From assembly GCA_024694145.1 (NCBI GenBank), contig JAILKD010000048.1:1-52124 (forward strand): a DNA stretch of 52,124 nucleotides, given 5' to 3'. The translations under genes and the position numbers were made by a program. Position 1 is the stretch's first letter. Every line of letters starts with the position of its first letter. Origin of the DNA: a bacterium. GTDB lineage: Bacteria; Bacillota_I; Bacilli_A; Acholeplasmatales; JAEDCM01. Under the pieces are notes generated by a model. The model was not told where the DNA came from and ran no database searches. It worked only from the letters and a program-made list of their open reading frames with translations. Positions 1 through 9,416 of the stretch are shown in pieces.

Positions 1-2
1 TA

Positions 3-1259
3 ACCGAATTAAAAGAATTAAATAAAGATTCTTTTATCATGGTTAAAATAAGTAATATTTCTAATATAGTTGATTATGTTACTTCAGGTATTGATGAATT
101 AATTATTGATGATATTAACTTATTAAAGGAAGCTGATTTAAAATTAAAAGAATTAAATTTAAGGAAATATATTTTATTATCACTAGAATATGATTATTTA
201 AATGCATATGATATTATAAATGCTGCAATTAATGGTTCTAATAGATTCTATTTCAAAAAATCTATTTTACTTTCACTAGGTTGTGTTGGTTATAACAAAT
301 GTTATAAATGTCCAAACGGATTGTTTGGTAGTTTAAAATATTATGGTAATGATATTTATCTAAAGAGATTTATTGAATTTTTAAGTTATGAAACTTTTGT
401 GGTTGCATCACTAATTGGATATAATGGATTTAGCGATAAACATGAATCTTATATAACTAATAATTCAAATATTAATGAGCTTATATTAAAGAATGCTAGA
501 AGTGGTATTACAGATATGAACTGCAATGCTATACTTGATGATAATATAGGAACATCTTTAAGAAATATTGATAGGAACCTTTATGTTAGAATTAATGGTA
601 ATGTAGGATATAATTTTGGTTCATACATTAATAGTAAAGTTACATTATCTCTTAATGGAACTTGCCAAAAATATTTAGGCAAGTGTTTAGATGGTGGATT
701 AATTTATATTTATAACAATACAATTAATGAGCTTAATGATGATAAGAATTATTTAGTTGGTAAAAATGCATTATATAAAGCAAATAGCGGTAAAGTATTT
801 ATTGATGGATATGCATCAAGCTATTTTGCGTTTGCGAATAACGGAGCAACAGCCGTTGTTTTAGGTATGGATGATTATGGTTGTAGTTTTATGACTAATG
901 GTGTAGTAATTTGTTTAGGTGAAATAGGATATAACTTTGCCTACAATATGACTGGTGGAGTCGCATATATTTATGATGAATTTAAAAATTTAGAATCAAA
1001 AGTAGATACAAAATTAGTAGATATAGTTAAAATTGATGGAGATGATTTATTATATCTATCAAATATAATTAACGAGTTTAAAGATTTAACTAAATCTAAA
1101 AAAGCAACAGCACTATCTAAATACATTAACTCTGATTTATTCTTTAAGGTTGTACCAAAGAATTATGGTGTGATGTTAAAGATGGTTAATAACAAGAAAA
1201 AAAGCGGATTAAGCTTTGATGAAGCCATAAAAGAGGTGAGCAAGTTTGAGAAAGCCTAG
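3..1259 (+). CDS. gltB: Glutamate synthase large subunit-like protein, 5'-truncated by the window edge, highly diverged
   Basis: Frame is open from position 3 (TELKELNKDSFIMVKIS aligns with the GltB FMN barrel). Cys cluster GCVGYNKCYKCP and C-terminal GXGXG beta-helix (GMDDYGCSFMTNG..NFAYNMTGGVAY). Followed by gltD. Confidence 0.75.
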   Translation, partial: TELKELNKDSFIMVKISNISNIVDYVTSGIDELIIDDINLLKEADLKLKELNLRKYILLSLEYDYLNAYDIINAAINGSNRFYFKKSILLSLGCVGYNKCYKCPNGLFGSLKYYGNDIYLKRFIEFLSYETFVVASLIGYNGFSDKHESYITNNSNINELILKNARSGITDMNCNAILDDNIGTSLRNIDRNLYVRINGNVGYNFGSYINSKVTLSLNGTCQKYLGKCLDGGLIYIYNNTINELNDDKNYLVGKNALYKANSGKVFIDGYASSYFAFANNGATAVVLGMDDYGCSFMTNGVVICLGEIGYNFAYNMTGGVAYIYDEFKNLESKVDTKLVDIVKIDGDDLLYLSNIINEFKDLTKSKKATALSKYINSDLFFKVVPKNYGVMLKMVNNKKKSGLSFDEAIKEVSKFEKA

Positions 1260-2604
1260 TGATAGAATTAAAGATTTTAATGAAATCTATGATAGTTTAA
1301 AAATAGAAGATTTAAGCACTTTAGCTAGTAAATGTAATAACTGTAGTGATCCTTTTTGTAGTAAGAATATGGTTTTAGATAATAAGCTTATAGGGTGTCC
1401 ACTTAATATAAGTATTAATAAAGTTATGTCTTTAATTAAATATGGATTAATAAAAGAGGCATATTTAGAACTAACAAAGAATAATCCTTTTCCTGAACTT
1501 ACTGAAAGAATTTGTGATGGATACTGTGAATATTCATGTATTAATGCTAAAGATGGTAAGTCTACAGAAATAAAAAATATTTTAAGAACTTTAGCTGATT
1601 ATGGATTAGATAACTATGTAGATATTAAATGTGAATCTAATAACTTTAAAAAAGTAACAATTATAGGTAGTGGTATAGCTGGTTTAACAGCTGCATACTA
1701 TTTAAGAAAAGAAGGCTTTGATGTTACTATATATGAAAAAGATTTAAATCCTGGTGGAACACTTTTATATGGTATATCTAATATGAGATTAGATAAAAAT
1801 ATATTAAATAAAAGAATAAACATCTTAAAACAAATGGGTATTAAGTTTATTTGTAATACAGAAGTAACAAGAGTTATTTCACCACAAGAAGTATTAGAAA
1901 ATACAGATGCATTAGTTCTTGCTAGTGGTGTAATTAAAAAAGCATATGTTGCTAAAGGTATGGGATTAAAGAATGTAATGTATGCAACAGACTATCTTAA
2001 AAAAGTAACGAAAAATATCTTAGATATGGGGAAATCTAACATATTAGAAAACAAAAATGTTATAGTTTTAGGTAATGGTAAAACTAGTGAAGATGTTATT
2101 AGTTATGCTATTAGAGAAAATGTTAGAATGATTGGCGTAATAGATTATAAAAATATGCCACCACTAAAAAGAACAACATCTTGGCCATATGAGGATGATT
2201 CAATAAATAAAAGTGAAGCAGCTCTTGATGCAAGAACTAAATTTGGGATGGATCCTAGAAGCTTTAATATGACTATTAGAGAAATTAATGGAGAAGGTCA
2301 AGTTGAGAGTGTAAAAATATGTCAAGTTAAATGGGATAATAATAAACCAGTTTTACTAGATCATGATCAAATATTTCCTGTTGATGTAGTAATAGTATCA
2401 ATTGGTAATATTGGATATGAGGAGGATTTAATTAATTATTTTGATATTGATATAGTCAATAAAATGGTAGATGAAAATAATCATAAAAATAATAATAAAG
2501 TATTCATTTGTGGTGAAGCATTAGTTAATAATGGAGTTAGTGCACTAGCTATAAAAGATGCAATAAAATGTGCTAAGGAGGTTAGTGAATACCTTGAAGC
2601 TTAG
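1246..2604 (+). CDS. gltD: Glutamate synthase small subunit-like FAD/Fe-S oxidoreductase
   Basis: TTG start with SD GAGGTGA; CxxCxxxxC..CP and NPFP..RICDGYCEYSC Fe-S motifs; FAD motif IIGSGIAGLTAA. Confidence 0.8.
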   Translation: MRKPSDRIKDFNEIYDSLKIEDLSTLASKCNNCSDPFCSKNMVLDNKLIGCPLNISINKVMSLIKYGLIKEAYLELTKNNPFPELTERICDGYCEYSCINAKDGKSTEIKNILRTLADYGLDNYVDIKCESNNFKKVTIIGSGIAGLTAAYYLRKEGFDVTIYEKDLNPGGTLLYGISNMRLDKNILNKRINILKQMGIKFICNTEVTRVISPQEVLENTDALVLASGVIKKAYVAKGMGLKNVMYATDYLKKVTKNILDMGKSNILENKNVIVLGNGKTSEDVISYAIRENVRMIGVIDYKNMPPLKRTTSWPYEDDSINKSEAALDARTKFGMDPRSFNMTIREINGEGQVESVKICQVKWDNNKPVLLDHDQIFPVDVVIVSIGNIGYEEDLINYFDIDIVNKMVDENNHKNNNKVFICGEALVNNGVSALAIKDAIKCAKEVSEYLEA

Positions 2605-2782
2605 TATTAAATATTCTGTTTTAGGATTTTTACTTCCTATAATAGGAGTAATCATAGGGCATTTCTTATTAAAGAAAAATGAAATGGTTGCAAGAAGTAT
2701 AAGAAGAGGCTCTGCATTATCTACAATAATAGTAGTTTTAGTAGGATCATTTTTGATATATTATTTTGCCCTAGTAAAATAA
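2594..2782 (+). CDS. Small two-TM membrane protein
   Basis: TTG at 2594 downstream of SD AAGGAGG; two hydrophobic segments. Confidence 0.65.
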   Translation: MKLSIKYSVLGFLLPIIGVIIGHFLLKKNEMVARSIRRGSALSTIIVVLVGSFLIYYFALVK

Positions 2783-2795
2783 TTAAAAAAAATGG

Positions 2796-2824
2796 TTGAA
2801 AAAGGATTTTAAAAAATGTATAAT
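2796..2824 (+). promoter_or_regulatory. Sigma-A promoter of the tRNA pair
   Basis: TTGAAA-17bp-TATAAT. Confidence 0.75.
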
Positions 2825-2852
2825 TAATAGTGCGGTAAATAAAAGACACTAT

Positions 2853-2926
2853 AGGGCCATAGCCAAGCGGTAAGGCAAAGGACTTTGACTCCTTCATCGT
2901 AGGTTCGAATCCTGCTGGCCCTGCCA
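2853..2926 (+). tRNA. tRNA-Gln(UUG)
   Basis: Cloverleaf AGGGCCA/TGGCCCT, anticodon loop CTTTGAC, GTTCGAATC T-loop, encoded CCA. Confidence 0.97.
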
Positions 2927-2954
2927 CTTTTATTTACCAATTAATCTTATACAT

Positions 2955-3038
2955 GCGGGTGTGGCGAAATTGGCAGACGCACTAGACTTAGGATCTAGCG
3001 CCTTAGGCATGCAGGTTCGACTCCTGTCACCCGCACCA
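2955..3038 (+). tRNA. tRNA-Leu(UAG)
   Basis: GCGGGTG/CACCCGC acceptor stem, anticodon loop CTTAGGA, long variable arm, encoded CCA. Confidence 0.97.
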
Positions 3039-3048
3039 TACTTGAAGC

Positions 3049-3080
3049 AAACTAATCGGTTATTGATTAGTTTTTTTATT
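3049..3080 (+). terminator. Intrinsic terminator after the tRNAs
   Basis: AAACTAATCG-loop-TGATTAGTTT followed by a T tract. Confidence 0.7.
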
Positions 3081-3187
3081 TTTTAAAATAGAATACGTTT
3101 TTATTATTAAAAATGTTTTTTAATATAAAAAAAGTGTTATAATAATATTGGTTTTAAAAATAAAATATATTTTTGGAGGATTTAATT

Positions 3188-4210
3188 ATGGGAATGTTTG
3201 ATAAGTTATTAACAAACTTAAAAGCAAAAAGGAAAACAATCGTTTTTACTGAAGGAACTGATTCAAGAATTTTAGAAGCAGCTTCTAGATTATTAAAAGA
3301 AGATTTAATGGATGTTATTTTATGTGGAAATGTTGATGGCGTTAAGAGTGCTGCAAAAACTTGTGGTTTTGATATTTCTAAAGCACAAATCATTGACCCA
3401 CTAAACTATAGCGAATTTGATAACATGGTTGATACTATGGTTGAACTTAGAAAAGGTAAGATGACTAAAGAAGAATGTACTGATCTTTTAAAGAAATCTA
3501 ACTATTTTGGAACAATGTTAGTTAAGATGGGTAAAGCTGATGCACTTCTTGGTGGAGCTACTTATTCAACAGCTGATACAGTTAGACCTGCATTACAAAT
3601 TGTTAAAACTAAAAAAGGTGCTAACTTAGTTAGTTCATCATTCATTTTATTTAGAGAAAAAGATGGTGTTGAAGAAAAGATTGCTATGGGTGACTGTGCA
3701 ATTAACATTTCTTATGAAGATACAATTGATAAAGTAACTGGTGAAGTAACACTTACTGGTGCTAGAAAATTAGCAGAAGTTGCTGTTGAAACTGCAAAGA
3801 CTGCTTCATTCTTTGAAATTGATCCAAAAGTTGCAGTACTTTCATTCTCTACATATGGTTCAGGAAAAGGTGGAACAGTTAAGTTAAGTCATGATGCAGT
3901 TATTGAAGCTAGAAATATTGATCCAAATCTAGTAATTGATGGTGAATTCCAATTTGATGCTGCTGTAAGCCCAGTAGTTGCTAAGACTAAATGCCCTGAT
4001 TCACAAGTTGCCGGAAAAGCAAATACATTCATTTTCCCACTAATTGAAGCAGGTAACATTGGTTATAAAATTGCTCAAAGATTAGGTGGATATGAAGCAT
4101 ATGGACCAATACTTCAAGGATTAAATGCTCCAATTAATGACTTATCACGTGGATGCAACGCTGATGAAGTTTATAAAATGGCTATAATCACTGCTGGTAT
4201 GGCTGAATAA
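3188..4210 (+). CDS. pta: Phosphate acetyltransferase
   Basis: IVFTEG..RILEAA, DGEFQFDAA, GNIGYK, GPILQGLNAPINDLSRG; SD GGAGGA. Confidence 0.95.
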   Translation: MGMFDKLLTNLKAKRKTIVFTEGTDSRILEAASRLLKEDLMDVILCGNVDGVKSAAKTCGFDISKAQIIDPLNYSEFDNMVDTMVELRKGKMTKEECTDLLKKSNYFGTMLVKMGKADALLGGATYSTADTVRPALQIVKTKKGANLVSSSFILFREKDGVEEKIAMGDCAINISYEDTIDKVTGEVTLTGARKLAEVAVETAKTASFFEIDPKVAVLSFSTYGSGKGGTVKLSHDAVIEARNIDPNLVIDGEFQFDAAVSPVVAKTKCPDSQVAGKANTFIFPLIEAGNIGYKIAQRLGGYEAYGPILQGLNAPINDLSRGCNADEVYKMAIITAGMAE

Positions 4211-4226
4211 TAATTTATTAATATAC

Positions 4227-4260
4227 AAAAAAGACTCATTTTGAGTCTTTTTATTTTTTT
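4227..4260 (+). terminator. Intrinsic terminator after pta
   Basis: AAAAAGACTCA-TTT-TGAGTCTTTTT. Confidence 0.8.
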
Positions 4261-4292
4261 ATGGTATAATTAATCTATAAGGATGTGTTATT

Positions 4293-5537
4293 GTGGATGA
4301 TTTTATTGATAGGAAAGTACAGTTTGTCGCAAACCTTTTAAAGGTTAGTGATAAAAAATCAAATGAATTAAAAAATCTTTATTCTGGACTACCATTTGAT
4401 TTTGATGATGAAGCAATCCAAAAACTAATAAAAAAATCTAATGAATTATGCCTTAAATTTAAAAGTCTTGCAGAAAAGAAACATAAATCTAGTTTTGGAT
4501 TAAAAATAGATAATATAAAAAGACTAGAAATATTAAGACAATTATTTTGTGGAAAATACATGGTTTGTGATGTTAGAAGCGGAATTAACTTAATTATTGG
4601 TTTAGTAGATGCACCTTCTATGACTTTTTTTAATTATGATGTTATATTTAATCCTGCTTTAGTAAAAATTGATGGTGGTGTTGAAATAGCTCCAAAAGTA
4701 GAAATAGGAGAAAAAATCGATTTAAAAGAATATGCTAAAACTGGCTTACCACATATTAATATAAAAAAAGATGTATGGCTTGGTTTAGGTGTAAAGGTAA
4801 GAAATAATGTTACTATTAATGAAAAAGTAGTAGTAGGTGCAGGAGCAATAGTTGAAACTGATATAGAAAGCGAAAGCCTTGCTTTAGGACGCCCTGCAAA
4901 AGTTAAAAGAAAAATCACAAATGAAGAAAAAGAGAAGCGTTATGGTAAAGGGTCTCCTTTTACAATTGATGAAGAAAATATATTGTATGATGCAGTAAGT
5001 AAATGGACAAAACTAAAAAGAATAAAATTTCATAATATATTAGAAGGAAATCAATTTAATTTGATTGATTCAAAATTAATGAAATTATACAAGACTACTC
5101 ATACAATATCTGAAGGACTAAATGCTACTAATTTAACTATAGAAGAGAAAAATAAGGGAATAGATTATTTGTTTCCATTAAAAGGTGAAAACTTTAAATT
5201 AGGTAAAAACTTGCATTTAGATATGATAGGTACATCTAAAATAGGGAATAATGTAATAATAGGTGATGATGTTACTATTGGAGGTAACTTAGTTGTTGGT
5301 GATAATGTAGTTATAGGTAATAACACATCACTATTTGCTTCAGGGCATCCAATATACTCTAAAAGAAGAAAAATGATGTTTAAATTAAAAAAAGGAATTG
5401 TTCAAATTGGCCAAAATGATTTAATAGTTATTAAAGATAATGTTAAAATTGGTAATAATGTAATTGTTTTACCTGGATCAGTTGTAGATAAAGACATTCC
5501 TGATAATGTTATCTATGCTAAGAATAAGATAATATAG
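4293..5537 (+). CDS. Tandem-duplicated maltose/galactoside O-acetyltransferase-like (LbH hexapeptide) protein
   Basis: Two Mac-like N-helix plus hexapeptide-repeat units (VWLGLGV..VVVGAGAIV..GRPAKV; VVIGNNTSLFASGHP..VKIGNNVIVLPG). Confidence 0.75.
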   Translation: MDDFIDRKVQFVANLLKVSDKKSNELKNLYSGLPFDFDDEAIQKLIKKSNELCLKFKSLAEKKHKSSFGLKIDNIKRLEILRQLFCGKYMVCDVRSGINLIIGLVDAPSMTFFNYDVIFNPALVKIDGGVEIAPKVEIGEKIDLKEYAKTGLPHINIKKDVWLGLGVKVRNNVTINEKVVVGAGAIVETDIESESLALGRPAKVKRKITNEEKEKRYGKGSPFTIDEENILYDAVSKWTKLKRIKFHNILEGNQFNLIDSKLMKLYKTTHTISEGLNATNLTIEEKNKGIDYLFPLKGENFKLGKNLHLDMIGTSKIGNNVIIGDDVTIGGNLVVGDNVVIGNNTSLFASGHPIYSKRRKMMFKLKKGIVQIGQNDLIVIKDNVKIGNNVIVLPGSVVDKDIPDNVIYAKNKII

Positions 5538-5583
5538 AATAAGTAAATGATATAATAGGATTAAAGCGATAGGATGTGTTATT

Positions 5584-5908
5584 TTGGAAAATAAGAATGT
5601 ATTGATAGAAGCTAAAAACCTTGTTAAAACATATGGTGAAGGTGAAGGCTTAACATATGCTTTAAATGATGTGTCTATAAAAATATACGAACATGATTTT
5701 TTAGTCATTATTGGTGGATCTGGTTGCGGTAAATCTACTTTTTTAAATATGATTGGAGCAATCGATACTGTTGATAGTGGAAGCATTATTGTAAATGGTC
5801 GTGACATTACTTCGCTTAAAGATAAAGATTTAACTTTTATGTCACTTATTATCAATGAATTCTATTGCTAGATGGAATATAGCGGATAATACAAGAAGTA
5901 GAGAATAA
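5584..5908 (+). pseudogene. Deletion remnant of an ABC exporter operon: LolD/MacB-type ATPase N-terminus fused out of frame to a probable permease C-terminus
   Basis: Walker A GGSGCGKST present, homology ends at about aa 85 with no Q-loop, signature or Walker B; alternative frame 5837-5908 reads LCHLLSMNSIARWNIADNTRSRE*. Confidence 0.75.
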
Positions 5909-5940
5909 AAAGAAGGCTCGTAAATGAGCCTTTTTTGTTT
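5909..5940 (+). terminator. Intrinsic terminator
   Basis: AAGGCTC-GTAAAT-GAGCCTT followed by a T tract. Confidence 0.8.
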
Positions 5941-5966
5941 ACTATAAATGATACATAGTGTATAAT
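5938..5966 (+). promoter_or_regulatory. Putative sigma-A promoter upstream of the XRE regulator
   Basis: TTTACT-17bp-TATAAT. Confidence 0.5.
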
Positions 5967-6201
5967 ATTAATTGTTAAAGCAACAAAATGTTTGCTTAAT
6001 AATCGTTTTTATAATTTTGTTATTTCTTTTCAAAAAAAGTTTTATAAAAAAATGCAATTATTTTTTAAAAAACAATAAGTGAGAAAATGGCTTAGTTTGG
6101 CCGGTTCAACATTATGTTTAGTGAAATCAAAATATTGTTTATACAATTTTTTGTTGAGTTGTGATTAACTATAATTGAATAAACATAAAGGAGAAGATAA
6201 A

Positions 6202-7167
6202 ATGGATTTTGGAGCCAATATAAAAGAATTTAGAACAAAAAAAGGCATGACACAAAAAGATCTTGCCAATGAACTTAACGTTACTGCTCAGGCGGTATCT
6301 AGATGGGAGAATAATGAAGTTGAACCATCTATATCTACAATTAATCAAATGGCTGAATTATTTAATTGTAGTATTGACGAATTATTTGGAAAGGTTAAAA
6401 AGCAAGACGATCAAAAGGATGATAATGTAGTCATCAATATAAATAATGAAAATGATAAGAAAGAAGATAATGTAGTTCAAGTAAAAACGAACATTGCAAT
6501 ATGTAGTTGTTGCAACAAACCATTATATGAACAAGCAGAGATAAAAAGATGGAAATACTACAATTACGTGAGACATGGCAGATCATCATATAGAGAAGAT
6601 GCATCAGATATATTATGCGAAGATTGCTTTAATGAAAGAGCAAACGAAGAAAAGGCTAAAGCTGCTCAAAGTAAACAAATATATGAAAATGGATTTGTTA
6701 AAAGAAGAATAAAAGCTATTGTTGTTATGAGTTTAATAATGGCTGTAGCAATTTTCTTTGCAGTATTATTTGCTATAGGTTTGACTAAGAATCAAGTGCC
6801 AACGGTATTAGTTTTCTTGCTAACAGGTCTATTATTCTCAATGCTTGTTGGAAGTGCTATACTTGGTGGAACTTTCTTAGGAGATTTATGGTTAACTATT
6901 TCATCATGGGGATTTGTAAGATTTCCTGGAATAATTTTTACTGCTGATGCAGACGGAATTAAGTTCTTAATCGTAATGAAAGTACTATTCTTCTTCTTAG
7001 GAATTGGTTTTGTATTATTAGCAGAAGCAATTGCAACAACAATATGTATGGTTGTTGGTCCATTTGTATTCCCTGTTGCCCTTTATAGAAATATTAAAAA
7101 AATTGACCCTGATAAATCAGGAAAAACAATGAGTGATACTTTATTAGAATTAAATAATGTAGAATAA
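6202..7167 (+). CDS. XRE-family HTH regulator with a Cys4 zinc motif and C-terminal TM helices
   Basis: MTQKDLANELNVTAQAVSRWENN HTH; CSCC..CEDC; about 4 hydrophobic segments; SD AAGGAG. Confidence 0.85.
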   Translation: MDFGANIKEFRTKKGMTQKDLANELNVTAQAVSRWENNEVEPSISTINQMAELFNCSIDELFGKVKKQDDQKDDNVVININNENDKKEDNVVQVKTNIAICSCCNKPLYEQAEIKRWKYYNYVRHGRSSYREDASDILCEDCFNERANEEKAKAAQSKQIYENGFVKRRIKAIVVMSLIMAVAIFFAVLFAIGLTKNQVPTVLVFLLTGLLFSMLVGSAILGGTFLGDLWLTISSWGFVRFPGIIFTADADGIKFLIVMKVLFFFLGIGFVLLAEAIATTICMVVGPFVFPVALYRNIKKIDPDKSGKTMSDTLLELNNVE

Positions 7168-7182
7168 ATATGGAGGAAAAAG

Positions 7183-9414
7183 ATGAAGATTAAAAAGATT
7201 TTATGCAGCGTTGCAACAATCGCATTATTTGCGACACTTATTACTGGATGTGGAGGAAGTAATAGCAGTAGTCCGACTACAAAAACTCCAACACCAACAG
7301 TAACACCTACTGAGGATAAAACTACTACGGAAGATAGTGGTGAAGGATCAAAGGATATTACAGGTATCACCTTTGAATCAAAAAAATTTGATTATGATGG
7401 AAATGAACATCAAATAACAATCACTGGTCAACTTCCAGAAGGAACTAGTGTTAGCTATTCGTCAAATGTTAGTGGTATAACTAATAAGGCAACAAATGTC
7501 GGAAAATACGAAATTAAAGCCACTATCAGTGGTTCAGGATACAAAACACTTGAACTAACAGCAATATTACAAATTGTTTCAAACGATAAGGAAAGAAATA
7601 TAGTTGCTACTAATTCAGGAGTATTCTTCGAAAATGCTATGGATAATGATAAAGTATATTTTTATGATGGATTAAATGTAAAGAAAGTATCTAATTCATC
7701 TACTCTAGATATGATTAAAATAGGTAATAATCAAGTTGCTTATTCTTCAGATTTATTAGAGCAAGTTGGAATGGGTTCGTTTGGTACATATACTGTATCA
7801 AGTGGTAATATAAACAAAGATAATTTTATTAATAAAGCCGCATCTTATATTCAAAAGAATGGAACAAAGTATTATTTTGCGGTTAATTCATTAAAAAATG
7901 CAGCAATTTATTCATATGACACTGAGACTGAAGAACTAACAAAATTATCTGATGGTAAGGCGTATTACTTACAACTTGATTCTGCATACAATGAAATATA
8001 TTTTGCAGATGGTGCAAATGGAAACAAACTTTCAAAGATTAGCCTTTCATCACCTTCAGAGAGAACAGTTGTAGTAGATGCGAAGATTAATAATCTAATA
8101 ATGCATAATGGTTGTTTATTCTACACAGTTAATAATCTTTTAGGTGATTATATTGAAAAACTTACTCTACTATCAAATGTAAGATTAAAGATTACTCAAG
8201 ACGCAGGTGCATCATTAACAGTATTTGGAGATGATTTATACTATGTTAATGTGGATAAATTGACAACTAGAATAGTTGGAGATGGTATTTTTAAAGTTTC
8301 AACTAAAACTGTTAAGGAAAGTAGTGCTCCTGGAACAAAAGTAATTGATGGTGGGGATTATGGAGTTTGTTCATTAGCTACTGATGGAACATTCTTATAT
8401 TATTACGACATTGATAACTATAAATTAATAAAATATAATGTTTCTACAAAACAATCAATTAATATTTTAGATGGTTTTGTAAAACCAGCTGATCCAACAC
8501 CAACTTCATTTGGTGGAAAAGTCCTTACTTATGGTGATACAGTATTCTATCAAGATATTTATGATAACAAAGCACTACATTCTTACAATGTAAAAACTAA
8601 AGTTGAACAATGCGTTACAGATTTAAAAGTAGCTGATTTCTCAATTATAGGTGATTACTTGTTCATAAATATGGTTTCAAAAGCAGTTGATAATAATACA
8701 TATGTAATTGATATCAAAAATGGTGGAGAACCACAATTAATTAATAATTATTCTGCAAGTGATATGTGTACTGATGGAACATACATCTATTATATTTTAG
8801 ATAATGCATCAGGAGTTGCAACTGCAATTCATAAGTGTAAACTTGATGGAACAGAAGATGTTGAAATTTATAATAAGGGTGTTTCAAACTTAAAGTATAC
8901 TAATGGAAAATTATTATTCGTAGATGAAAATAATATTCATGTTTTAGATTTAACAACTAATATAGATAGTGAAGTAGAAGTTGCTGGTAAGAGTATACAT
9001 ACAACTGTATTTGATACTGATGGTACATATATTTACTATAGAGATATGTATGGTATTGGATATACAAGTAAGAGACTTGCAAAATGTAAACTTGATGGTA
9101 CAGATGATGTAAAACTAGTTGATAATGGTAAGACTGATCCTGTTTCAATAGTATATAAAGATGGATATGTATATTATTATTGTGATACAACTAAACCTGC
9201 TCAAAACGGTTTATTTAAGGTAAGTGCAAGTGGAACATCTAGTACAGATGGTACATCTATATTACCTTGCAATCAAACATATTATGCTGAGACATTTAGT
9301 TTCCTAGGGAATAACATTTACTTCCTAAACTATGCTTTAGGTGGATCATTTGGTGATTCAAAAATTTATGTTGTTCCTGCAACTGGTGGAACTCCTGAAT
9401 TAATGATAAAATAA
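7183..9414 (+). CDS. Lipoprotein with Thr/Pro linker, MBG-like domain and DUF5050-like beta-propeller repeats
   Basis: Lipobox LITGC; repeated TDGTYIYY..KCKLDGT blades; ITGITF..YDG..ATNVGKY MBG-like segment. Confidence 0.8.
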   Translation: MKIKKILCSVATIALFATLITGCGGSNSSSPTTKTPTPTVTPTEDKTTTEDSGEGSKDITGITFESKKFDYDGNEHQITITGQLPEGTSVSYSSNVSGITNKATNVGKYEIKATISGSGYKTLELTAILQIVSNDKERNIVATNSGVFFENAMDNDKVYFYDGLNVKKVSNSSTLDMIKIGNNQVAYSSDLLEQVGMGSFGTYTVSSGNINKDNFINKAASYIQKNGTKYYFAVNSLKNAAIYSYDTETEELTKLSDGKAYYLQLDSAYNEIYFADGANGNKLSKISLSSPSERTVVVDAKINNLIMHNGCLFYTVNNLLGDYIEKLTLLSNVRLKITQDAGASLTVFGDDLYYVNVDKLTTRIVGDGIFKVSTKTVKESSAPGTKVIDGGDYGVCSLATDGTFLYYYDIDNYKLIKYNVSTKQSINILDGFVKPADPTPTSFGGKVLTYGDTVFYQDIYDNKALHSYNVKTKVEQCVTDLKVADFSIIGDYLFINMVSKAVDNNTYVIDIKNGGEPQLINNYSASDMCTDGTYIYYILDNASGVATAIHKCKLDGTEDVEIYNKGVSNLKYTNGKLLFVDENNIHVLDLTTNIDSEVEVAGKSIHTTVFDTDGTYIYYRDMYGIGYTSKRLAKCKLDGTDDVKLVDNGKTDPVSIVYKDGYVYYYCDTTKPAQNGLFKVSASGTSSTDGTSILPCNQTYYAETFSFLGNNIYFLNYALGGSFGDSKIYVVPATGGTPELMIK

Positions 9415-9416
9415 TG

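Noticed and set aside
2721-2927. 68-aa minus-strand ORF MAGPAGFEP
   Set aside because: Antisense shadow of tRNA-Gln
3039-3187. Integrated mobile element at the tRNA 3' ends
   Set aside because: No integrase and no duplicated tRNA end seen; a terminator and pta follow directly
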